Positions 47,427 to 55,743 of a DNA stretch of 64,000 bases are shown piece by piece. Origin of the DNA: Candidatus Latescibacterota bacterium (GTDB taxonomy: Bacteria > Latescibacterota > UBA2968 > UBA8231); the NCBI GenBank assembly GCA_007571365.1, contig RKRN01000058.1, forward strand, positions 3,842 through 67,841, given 5' to 3'. Under the pieces are notes generated by a model. The model had not been told where the DNA came from. It did no database searches and worked only from the letters and a program-made list of their open reading frames with translations. Numbering within the stretch: the stretch's first letter is position 1; every line of letters starts with the position of its first letter. Position numbers and translations under genes: made by a program.

Positions 47427-49740
47427 AGGTGTTTTCTCCAAATAGCCCCATCGGGCTGGGCACGTGGTTGGCGGGAACCAGCAACAAGGGCAAGCCATTG
47501 TGCTGGAGGCGAAAGTGCAGGTAGTCGAGTTCCGGGGTGGGCTGTGCGGCAAGGCCCAACAGCCGCGGGCGAAAAAGTGCGGGCGAAAGCAGCTTGGGCC
47601 GGGGCCGCTCTACAAGCTCGACGGGCGCGTCCGGCCCCAGCCCGATCTTTTCCTTAGCCAGCGCAATGGCTGTTTCGAGGCCACCGATGCGGTCGGCGAG
47701 GCCGAGCTGCACGGCGCGCTGGCCGCTCCAGACGCGGCCTTGGGCCACCACTTCGACCGAGTCCGGCGCGAGGTGGCGACTGCTGGCGACTTGGGCGACA
47801 AAGTCCGCATACAGCGAGCGGATGGCGTACTCCATGCGCGCACTTTCGTCGGCCGTGAAGGTGCGGTCTGGCAAGCGCAGGCCGAGCAAGGGCAGGGTCA
47901 TGCCAAAAGGCAAATCCGCGTGGCGGCCCACCTGTACGTGGCTCGTGCTCAAGCCTAACTTTTCCTTTAGCCCTTTGTTGTACGCCCAGCCAGCAATAAC
48001 CCCAATCGAGCCGGTGATGGTGTTGGGTGCGGCCACGATGGCATGGCCGGGCAGCGAAATCATGTACCCGCCCGAAGCGGCTAGATAGCCTTGCGAGACG
48101 ATGACGGGCTTGTGCTCGCGGCATTGCCGGACGGCGTCGGCCACGAGGGCCGCCGGCAGGATATCGCCGCCCGGCGAATCGACGCGCAGCACCACGGCGT
48201 CGGCCGCCGCACAGGCCGCGGCAATCTCGTTGACGAGCCGGCGCGCACCCATGCCGGAGTCCATGGCGCAGAGGCCGAGTGCATAGACGATGGCAATGCG
48301 CTTGCGCGGCCCCCAGCGCCGGTCGGCTGGCCGCACGTATGAATGGGCCGCAATCATATTGAAGCCATCGACCATCTGGTCCATTTCGTGCCAACGGCCG
48401 AGGCGATCCACCAAGCCAGCGTCGAGGGCTTCTTGCGGCAGGAAGAACGCGGTCTCCTCCACGAGGCGGTCGAAGTGCTCTGGCGCAAGCGGGCGAGCGG
48501 TGCTGATGTCGCGGCGGGCGAGGGCGTACCAGTCGCCGAGCAGGGCGCTTAGCTGTTCGCGCTCGCCGGCGGACATGTCGCGGCGGACGTAGGCTTCGGT
48601 CGCGGATTTGTAGCGAAAAAGTCGCCACTCGTCAAAGCCGATCCCGAGCTGGTCTAACGCATTTTTGAAATACGTCTGTCCCGCCACATAGCCCTGCAAG
48701 CCGATGGCGCCAGCCGGGTCGAGCACCAAGTGATCGGCCACCGAGGCCCAGTGATAGCCATACATGTCCACGCGGTCGATGTACACCAAGACCCGCTTCC
48801 CGTCGGCGCGGAGCTGGCGCAACTTTTCCCGCAGTTCCCAGCCGAGTGCCGGGCTAATTCGCAGGCCCGACGCATTGATGGCAAGGCCCTTGATCGCTGG
48901 GTCGCGGCGCGTGCGCTCTAGCAAGGCGATGAGCTCGAGTAGGCTCTGCGAGTCGTCAAAAAGCGCAAAGCGGCGGTGGCGAACTGGCCCGGACAATTCC
49001 ACGGAAAGGTAGCGCGCCCGCGGCTGGAACAGGTTCCCGCGCTGCGCCCCCAAGCGCGCCGCATACGTCTGCCAGATGCGTCCCCGCGCTTGTGCTTGGA
49101 AATCGGCGGCCCCCAGCCCGAGGCGTAGGCCAACGCGCAGGTCGCGGTCTGAGAACAAGCGACCCGTCAGTGCCAGCCCTGGTATCAGCTCGACTACGGC
49201 TCCAGTGCTCCAGAAATCCGTCTCGCTGGTGTGCGCGTAATCCGCATATAAGGTGAGCCGCTCGTCGCCCCAAGGGCGTAGGGCGAAATCGATGGCTCCT
49301 TCGCGGCTCTCGCCCGCCCAAGTCGAAGTGAAGGTGCCGCCTACGGAAAGATGCGGCCCCGGCCGCCAAATCCCCCCGAGCACCACGTGCCGCACACTCC
49401 CCCATCCCATGCCCACTCCGAGGCTGAAGTCGCGGTCGCCGCTGCTGAGGCCAACTCGATACTCGCGGGCACGGCGACCGTTTATCGCGCCAAATCCCAA
49501 CCGGGGCATGGCCGTAAAAAGGCCCCACGAGTGCGTAGCGCTGCTGTCGGACCAAACGACCCCCTGCTCCACCCCCTCGACATAGCTGAGCAGCGCGGGA
49601 TTGGCGTAGCCGTAGAGGCCGATGTCCAACCCGCCAAACGCGGCGAGGGCGAATTCCCCCCGCTCGGCGTAAGAGATCGGCGATTGGGCATTGGCGGCGT
49701 TGGCGGCGAGGAGGCAGCAGAGGAATTGGAACAAGCGCAT
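47419..49740 (-). CDS. sppA: Signal peptide peptidase SppA (tandem S49 domains) with a ~240-aa N-terminal extension
   Basis: VLRVDSPGGD...LAASGGYM...TGSIGV. Signal peptide MRLFQFLCCLLAANAANAQ from ATG 49740. Confidence 0.8.
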   Translation of the reverse strand: MRLFQFLCCLLAANAANAQSPISYAERGEFALAAFGGLDIGLYGYANPALLSYVEGVEQGVVWSDSSATHSWGLFTAMPRLGFGAINGRRAREYRVGLSSGDRDFSLGVGMGWGSVRHVVLGGIWRPGPHLSVGGTFTSTWAGESREGAIDFALRPWGDERLTLYADYAHTSETDFWSTGAVVELIPGLALTGRLFSDRDLRVGLRLGLGAADFQAQARGRIWQTYAARLGAQRGNLFQPRARYLSVELSGPVRHRRFALFDDSQSLLELIALLERTRRDPAIKGLAINASGLRISPALGWELREKLRQLRADGKRVLVYIDRVDMYGYHWASVADHLVLDPAGAIGLQGYVAGQTYFKNALDQLGIGFDEWRLFRYKSATEAYVRRDMSAGEREQLSALLGDWYALARRDISTARPLAPEHFDRLVEETAFFLPQEALDAGLVDRLGRWHEMDQMVDGFNMIAAHSYVRPADRRWGPRKRIAIVYALGLCAMDSGMGARRLVNEIAAACAAADAVVLRVDSPGGDILPAALVADAVRQCREHKPVIVSQGYLAASGGYMISLPGHAIVAAPNTITGSIGVIAGWAYNKGLKEKLGLSTSHVQVGRHADLPFGMTLPLLGLRLPDRTFTADESARMEYAIRSLYADFVAQVASSRHLAPDSVEVVAQGRVWSGQRAVQLGLADRIGGLETAIALAKEKIGLGPDAPVELVERPRPKLLSPALFRPRLLGLAAQPTPELDYLHFRLQHNGLPLLLVPANHVPSPMGLFGENTYE

Positions 49741-49759
49741 AGGTAATGTCGAAACCGTG

Positions 49760-50935
49760 CTAGTCAGGCATGGTGCGCCGCATAAAATCATCAAACAAGG
49801 GCACAGTAAACGCCAAGTAGCCGTGCGCCGGGCTGTAGATCATGCCCTTGTTGATGAGCTTCGCCCGGGTTGGCCCGATGCTGTTGATTTTCACAGACAA
49901 GCACTCTGCGACCTCACTGCCGCGTTGTGCTCCTGGGCCAAGTTCCGCCATGACGCGGAGAAACCGCTTCTCCCTCGGAGTCAGGCGATCAAAGCGAACG
50001 CGGAAAAAATTCTCGTCGAGCCGCTTGGCTACGGTCGCGGAAGCGTCTTGCACGACCGCCGAGCTAATCGGCGAAACTTCGGCCCGGTTCCAGGCTTGAT
50101 AACCCCATTCTTGGAGAAAGTAGGGATAGCCTTGCGTGAGACGGTATATTTCCCGGACGGCGGCTTCGTCGAACTCGACTTTGTATTGTTTGACAGGGTC
50201 TTGTAAGGCTCTGCTGGTGTCCGACTCGGAAAGTGCGCCAACAGCGGGAAAACTGAATAACCGCTCGGCATACGATTTGGACTCACCCGCCAAACCCGGC
50301 AGGATGGGAAGGCCAGCCCCCAGCAACACCAATGGCAGTTGGCGCTGCTGCATCCTGTGCATGGACATGATGAGTGCCCCGAGTTCCTTCTTATTGAGAT
50401 ACTGTATCTCGTCAATCACGACCGCTAAACACGTCCCCTGCTCCGCGGCTGCTTCTGCCACCGCCGTGAACAGATCAGGCAAGTCAATTTCGAGGTCGCC
50501 GCTGTCTGCGGTCCCCTGCTCCGCATCGATGTCCAGCCCCAATTCTATCCCTTCCATCTTGACGTGGATCGTCGCGAAGAATCCTTTGAGCACGGCCAAG
50601 GCTTGACGCGCCTTGTGCCCCGCGCCTGCCAGCCGATCCAGTTTATACAGCAGTTGACGCAAAGGAAGGGCCAGCAGCGCACCTAACGGCTTCTGTTCGT
50701 GGGCTTCGACGAGCAGTGTGCGATAGCCATCCGCTTGGGCGGTTCGTTCCATTTCGTTGAGCAAGACGGTTTTGCCCACGCCGCGCAATCCCGTCAGCAG
50801 GATGCTCTTTTCAGCCCGGCGTTGCTTGATTCGGCCCAGTAGAATGCGAGCCTGATCGAGCACATCGTCCCGGCCGACGAGTTCGGGAGGGGGTGCTCCT
50901 GCACCGGGTGAAAAAGGGTTTTCTATCGGGTCCAT
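49760..50935 (-). CDS. Arch_ATPase/ORC-like AAA ATPase with C-terminal winged-helix-like region
   Basis: FVGRD-like ELVGRDDVL, Walker A GLRGVGKT, and Walker B VVIDEIQ. Confidence 0.75.
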   Translation of the reverse strand: MDPIENPFSPGAGAPPPELVGRDDVLDQARILLGRIKQRRAEKSILLTGLRGVGKTVLLNEMERTAQADGYRTLLVEAHEQKPLGALLALPLRQLLYKLDRLAGAGHKARQALAVLKGFFATIHVKMEGIELGLDIDAEQGTADSGDLEIDLPDLFTAVAEAAAEQGTCLAVVIDEIQYLNKKELGALIMSMHRMQQRQLPLVLLGAGLPILPGLAGESKSYAERLFSFPAVGALSESDTSRALQDPVKQYKVEFDEAAVREIYRLTQGYPYFLQEWGYQAWNRAEVSPISSAVVQDASATVAKRLDENFFRVRFDRLTPREKRFLRVMAELGPGAQRGSEVAECLSVKINSIGPTRAKLINKGMIYSPAHGYLAFTVPLFDDFMRRTMPD

Positions 50936-50963
50936 GACATTGTTCTATCCTTTTCTACCTATT

Positions 50964-51003
50964 TATACATGTCTATACCATGTTATACTATGTTATAACG
51001 TTA
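50964..51003. repeat. Four phased 10-bp direct repeats (TATACATGTC TATACCATGT TATACTATGT TATAACGTTA)
   Basis: Read directly in the AT-rich region 30-70 nt upstream of the ATPase ATG (50935). Confidence 0.75.
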
Positions 51004-51074
51004 AACAAGTATATTTTAGTAGAGCTATATGCCAATTTTTCCAAAGTCCCCCACTGCCCGGCGGCTGTATTCTC

Positions 51075-51698
51075 TTACGCTTCCTCGGCAAACAAGCTCA
51101 AATCCCCTTTGCCCTCGCGGATTATCTCGGCCTGATCTCCCACCAACGACACCACGCTCGAAGCCTCCACAGGCAGCGGCCCGCACTCCAAGATCAAATC
51201 TACTTGCGGTCCTAACTCTTCCTCCAAAGCCCACGGCTCGGTTATCACCTCTTGATCGGCCAAGTTGGCACTGGTACTGAGGATGGGTTGGCCGAGAGCG
51301 CGGACCAAGGCCAGCGGCACCGGGTGAGCGGGAATCCGCAGGCCGACGGTTTTTTGTTTGGTTTGGAGAATGCGCGGCGTCTGGCGCGTGGCTGGCAACA
51401 CGAAGGTGTACGCCCCCGGCAGGCACTGCTTGAGGATGCGGTGGGCGTAGTTGGAGACGCGAGCGTAGTCGCTGATGTGGGTTAGGTCGGCGCAGACAAA
51501 GGACATGGGCTTCTTTTTGTCGCGCCCTTTGATGCGCTGGACGCGCTCAATCGCCTGCTTGTTGGTAATGTCGCAGCCAAGGCCGTAGATCGTATCGGTG
51601 GGATAGACGATGACGCCGCCTTGGCGCAGCAGATCGGCGGCGCGTTGGATGTGGCGGCCTTTGAGGCGGTTGGGATGCACGGTCAGTACTTGGGCCAT
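51075..51698 (-). CDS. tsaC: L-threonylcarbamoyladenylate synthase (Sua5/YciO/YrdC/YwlC family)
   Basis: GGVIVYPTDTIYGLGCD and SANLA motifs. Confidence 0.85.
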   Translation of the reverse strand: MAQVLTVHPNRLKGRHIQRAADLLRQGGVIVYPTDTIYGLGCDITNKQAIERVQRIKGRDKKKPMSFVCADLTHISDYARVSNYAHRILKQCLPGAYTFVLPATRQTPRILQTKQKTVGLRIPAHPVPLALVRALGQPILSTSANLADQEVITEPWALEEELGPQVDLILECGPLPVEASSVVSLVGDQAEIIREGKGDLSLFAEEA

Positions 51699-51699
51699 T

Positions 51700-52434
51700 T
51701 TAACGCTCCTCGTCGATTTTGGCGACCCACGCCTCGACGACGGCCGCGATCATGGCCCGGCCGTGCGCGGCGTTGGCCGTGTAGCTGTTTTTGGCTTCGT
51801 CTTGCTGGCAGTACCAAGGAGGAGCGTCGCCGAGGCGGTCTTGTTCGACTAGTTCAGGGCGTGCGGCCATCAGGAAGGAGGTCTCGTTGTATCCGGCGTG
51901 ATCGCCGCCGGCCGGAGGACTCGCCTGGGGGAGGATCATGGGCTGGACTTCAATGCGCCCGCCCCAAGAGCTCGCCCGCTCGAGTGCGTCGCGGTCGCCC
52001 CACCAGCCGCGCGGGTGCCCGGCGGCGAGCACCTGTTCAAACGCCAGCTCGGCTGCGGCCTTGCTGAAGGCCAAGGCAAGGGGGCCGCCCATGCCTTGGT
52101 GCATGATGATGACGTAGGTTTTGCGGAAACCCATTTCGAGGAAGTTGCGCAGGATGCTTTTGACCAAGCGGCCAAAGGCGTCGTAGTCCGGGTCGATGGT
52201 TCCGTCAGCTGGGCCGCCGAGGGCATAGCCGGTGGGGCCGTAGTCAAACGAAGGGGCGATGACGCAAGGGGTGCGCACGGCCACGCGGTCGCAGATTTCC
52301 TCGACGATGAGGGTGTCGTGGCCGATGGCCATGTGCGGGCCGTGGGTTTCGATGCAGCCGGCCGGCACCAGCAGGGGATGCCCTTGGGCCACGGCAGCGG
52401 CGAGTTGGTAGGGACGCAGGTGCTTGAGGTACAT
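51700..52434 (-). CDS. Creatininase family protein (second paralogue)
   Basis: GCIETHGPHMAIGHDT and IMHQGMGGP motifs. Confidence 0.75.
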   Translation of the reverse strand: MYLKHLRPYQLAAAVAQGHPLLVPAGCIETHGPHMAIGHDTLIVEEICDRVAVRTPCVIAPSFDYGPTGYALGGPADGTIDPDYDAFGRLVKSILRNFLEMGFRKTYVIIMHQGMGGPLALAFSKAAAELAFEQVLAAGHPRGWWGDRDALERASSWGGRIEVQPMILPQASPPAGGDHAGYNETSFLMAARPELVEQDRLGDAPPWYCQQDEAKNSYTANAAHGRAMIAAVVEAWVAKIDEER

Positions 52435-52509
52435 GGGAAAGCTCCTTGTTGGGGCGGCGGAATTGGACGTAATATAGACTAGGAAGAGCTAAGTACTCGG
52501 TTAGGTTAT

Positions 52510-52526
52510 GCGGGCGAGACGCCCGC
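52510..52526. repeat. REP-like hairpin GCGGGCG-AGA-CGCCCGC, copy 2
   Basis: Same core as 41199..41215. Lies in the selB leader and is flanked by AAGTACTCGG / CGGGTACTT. Confidence 0.7.
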
Positions 52527-52591
52527 GCACCCAAGGGCGGCCCTACGGTCGGGTACTTAGAAGAATACATCAATCTAGGAAAATTAAGCAG

Positions 52592-54541
52592 ATGGCGCAC
52601 ACAGTTATTGGCACGGCTGGGCACATCGACCACGGCAAAACTCTGTTGGTCAGGGCACTAACTGGCATGGATACCGACCAAGTACCGGAGGAGCGGGTGC
52701 GGGGGATTACCATTGAACTCGGCTTTGCCTTCTTGGGCGATCAGGCCACGATCATCGATGTGCCCGGGCACGAGCGCTTCGTCAAGACTATGGTAGCCGG
52801 CGTCAGTAGCATTGACATGGCCATGCTGGTGATTGCCGCAGACGACGGCGTGATGCCGCAGTCGCGGGAGCATCTCGACGTGCTGCGGCTGTTGGGGGTC
52901 GAGCGCGGGGTAGTGGTGGTCAACAAAGTCGACTTGGTGGAAGAGGAGTGGTTGGACTTGGTGGAGGAAGAAGTACGGGAGTTTGTGCGCGGGACCTTTT
53001 TGGCGCCGGCCGAGATTTTTCGCGTCTCCGCGCTCAGCGGCGCGGGCATTGACCAGCTGCGGCAGCGGCTGTTGGCCATGGTGGCAGACACGGCGGCCAA
53101 GCGCACGGACGCGCCGTTCCGCCTGCCCGTCGATCGGGCCTTTGGGGTCAAGGGGTTTGGTCTGGTCTGTACGGGTACGGTGCAGGCCGGGGCCTTGGCC
53201 GCGGGCGACCGCGTGGAGATTGCGCCCGAAGGTCGGTTGGTGCGCGTACGCCGTTTGCAACAGCACGGTGCGGCGGTACAACAGGTGCGGGCCGGCGACC
53301 GCGCCGCCGTCAATTTGGCTGGCGTGGAGCAGGGGCAAATCGTGCGTGGGCATTCGCTGGTCGCGCCCGGATTTTTCCGCCCCACGCAGATGCTGGACGC
53401 CGAGGTGCAACTCCTCGCGTCAAGCCCGCTGACCATGGCGTCGCGCACCCGCGTGCGCCTGCATTTGGGTACGCGGGAGATTATGGCGCGGGTCGTGCTG
53501 CCCGGTGGCAAGCCTTTGACGCCGGGACAGGATAGTTTGGCGCAGCTTCGCTTGGAGGCTCCCGTAGTGGCGGCGTGGGGCGACCGCTTTGTGCTGCGCC
53601 GCTACTCGCCGGCACTGACCATTGGCGGCGGTCGCGTACTCAACCCGCACCCGGCCAAGCACCGGCACTTTGAGCCGGCGTTGCTGGCGCATTTGCAGGC
53701 GTTGGCCCATGCCGACCTGCCCGAAGTCGTCGAGTGCTGGCTCCGCTATGCGGACGACCGGCTCAAGAGCCAGCAGGTGCTGGCCGGTGAGCTGGGCATC
53801 GGGGTGGAGCGGTTGGCGGGCTTGGCGGACGCGCTCGTAGCGGCTGGCCGCGCCGTGCGCGTGGTGTCGGAAGGGCAACCGCACGTTTTGCATTTGGACG
53901 TGTGCGAGCATTGGGGGGCGCAGATTGAGGCGGCACTGGCGAGCTTTCACCGCGCCCAGCCGCTCAAGCTGGGTTTGCCGCGCGAGGAGCTACGCAATTT
54001 GAGTGCGCGCTACATCCAGCCCGAACTGTTCGACTGCGTGTTGCGCTACTTGGAAGAAGCGGGGCGGGTCGCGCTGGACGGAGCGGTGGTAAGAGCTGCG
54101 TCGCACCGCATTTGCTTCACGCCGGAGCAAGAGGTGCTAAAGGCAGCGGTGGAGGCGCGGCTCAACACTGCGGATTTAGCCCACTTGCCGACGTTGGCCG
54201 AGCTGGCCCAAGCCATCCAAGTCCCGCTGCCACAGGTGACGGACGTGGTCCACGCGCTGCAAGTACTGGGGAAGGTGGCGGCGTTGGAGGGGGGCTTGCT
54301 GATCCATGGCGAGGCCCTCGCCCATGCGCGGACGCTGCTGAGCACTGCTCTTGGGCGCGACGGCGAGATTACGGTCGCCGACTTCCGCACACTAATCGGC
54401 AGCAACCGCAAATGTGCGATGGCGCTCTTGGGCCACTTCGACGCCGAGGGCCTGACGGCGCGGCGGGGAGATGTGCGGGTTTGGATCGGGGAGTTGGGGA
54501 GTGCTCAGTCGCGCAGCGGTCTCAGCTCGCGCACGAGCTGA
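52592..54541 (+). CDS. selB: Selenocysteine-specific elongation factor SelB
   Basis: [25 protein letters not shown]...DTD...[19 protein letters not shown], and long winged-helix C-terminal domains. True start is ATG 52592. Confidence 0.85.
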   Translation: MAHTVIGTAGHIDHGKTLLVRALTGMDTDQVPEERVRGITIELGFAFLGDQATIIDVPGHERFVKTMVAGVSSIDMAMLVIAADDGVMPQSREHLDVLRLLGVERGVVVVNKVDLVEEEWLDLVEEEVREFVRGTFLAPAEIFRVSALSGAGIDQLRQRLLAMVADTAAKRTDAPFRLPVDRAFGVKGFGLVCTGTVQAGALAAGDRVEIAPEGRLVRVRRLQQHGAAVQQVRAGDRAAVNLAGVEQGQIVRGHSLVAPGFFRPTQMLDAEVQLLASSPLTMASRTRVRLHLGTREIMARVVLPGGKPLTPGQDSLAQLRLEAPVVAAWGDRFVLRRYSPALTIGGGRVLNPHPAKHRHFEPALLAHLQALAHADLPEVVECWLRYADDRLKSQQVLAGELGIGVERLAGLADALVAAGRAVRVVSEGQPHVLHLDVCEHWGAQIEAALASFHRAQPLKLGLPREELRNLSARYIQPELFDCVLRYLEEAGRVALDGAVVRAASHRICFTPEQEVLKAAVEARLNTADLAHLPTLAELAQAIQVPLPQVTDVVHALQVLGKVAALEGGLLIHGEALAHARTLLSTALGRDGEITVADFRTLIGSNRKCAMALLGHFDAEGLTARRGDVRVWIGELGSAQSRSGLSSRTS

Positions 54542-55665
54542 GCGGCGGGTAGGGCGCGGATGTGCGGTGCCAGCGCGTACCGGTCCGGCCCGGCGTGGAC
54601 CACATCGAGGCGATCTAGCCCTAAGGTCTCGACCGCCGAGTGCATGGAGGGCGTCCGGCGCGGAGCTTCGGTGCGCTTGACCTCAAAGCCGTAGCGTCGG
54701 TTGCCAGCGATGACGAGCAAGTCGAGTTGGGCACCCGAATGGGTGGACCAGTGAAAGCACTGAGCGGGGCGAGCGGCGAGCAGGTGGATAATTTGTTGCA
54801 CGATGAATCCTTCCCAAGAGGCCCCCACTTTGGGATGCGAGACGATTTGCTCGCGGGTGGTCAGGCCCAGCAGGGCGTGTAGGACGCCCGAGTCGCCAAT
54901 GTATATCTTCGGCGAGCGCACCTGTCGCTTGCCAGTGTTTTCGTACCAAGGCTGGAGTTGCCGAACCACGAAGACCGAAGTCAGCAGATCGAGGTAGTGC
55001 CGGACCGTGGTGTGGGCGACGCCGAACGCCCGTCCAAACTCGGCTCCATTCCACAGTTGGCCGTGCCAATGGGCGAGCATAGTCCAGAAGCGGCGCAGGG
55101 TCGCCGCTGGGATTAAGTTGCCAAACGCCGGGACGTCGCGTTCGAGAAAGGTGCGGACGAAGCTGTCGAGCCAGCGGCGGCTCGCCGGGGCCGAGCGCGC
55201 CAGATAGGAAAGCGGAAAGCCGCCGCGCAGCCAGAGCCGTTCGAGGTCGCCGACCTCGCGTAGTCCAAAGCCTGCGAGTTCGTGGAAGGCCACGCGCCCA
55301 GCAAGCGTCTCGGAGGTCTGCCGGAGCAGGTCGGGAGACGCACTGCCCAACACGAGAAACCGGGCCGGCGTCCGCGGCCGGTCCGCGAGGACGCGCAACA
55401 ACGGAAACACATCGGGGAGCCGGTGGATTTCGTCTAAGACGACGAGGCCGCGGAGGGGTCGCAGCTCGAGGCCGGGATCGGCCAAGCGAGCGAGGTCGGC
55501 CGGGTTCTCTAGGTCGAACCAAGTAGTAGGACCGCGGCGCGAGGCCACAAGTTGGCGAGCGAGGGTGGACTTGCCGACTTGCCGGGCCCCTAAGAGTGCG
55601 ACGACGGGAAACTCCCGTAAGAGCTGTCTCACTCGACGCAAGTGCTGTTGGCGAGCAATCTGCAT
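54505..55665 (-). CDS. AAA+ ATPase with DUF4143 domain (AAA_14 type)
   Basis: VVALLGARQVGKSTL Walker A and VVLDEIH Walker B. Convergent 37-nt overlap with selB. Confidence 0.8.
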   Translation of the reverse strand: MQIARQQHLRRVRQLLREFPVVALLGARQVGKSTLARQLVASRRGPTTWFDLENPADLARLADPGLELRPLRGLVVLDEIHRLPDVFPLLRVLADRPRTPARFLVLGSASPDLLRQTSETLAGRVAFHELAGFGLREVGDLERLWLRGGFPLSYLARSAPASRRWLDSFVRTFLERDVPAFGNLIPAATLRRFWTMLAHWHGQLWNGAEFGRAFGVAHTTVRHYLDLLTSVFVVRQLQPWYENTGKRQVRSPKIYIGDSGVLHALLGLTTREQIVSHPKVGASWEGFIVQQIIHLLAARPAQCFHWSTHSGAQLDLLVIAGNRRYGFEVKRTEAPRRTPSMHSAVETLGLDRLDVVHAGPDRYALAPHIRALPAAQLVRELRPLRD

Positions 55666-55743
55666 GCCTTGAAATATGAGCGATCGCCGCACAGATTTCA
55701 AGGCACCATTGGCGGTATTTCGACTGGGACTGGAGAACACTTG

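Noticed and set aside
52435-52591. tRNA-Sec (selC) or SECIS-like element upstream of selB
   Set aside because: The palindromic sequence here is the REP-like hairpin, which also occurs at 41.2 kb. I could not fold a cloverleaf with a UCA anticodon from it.
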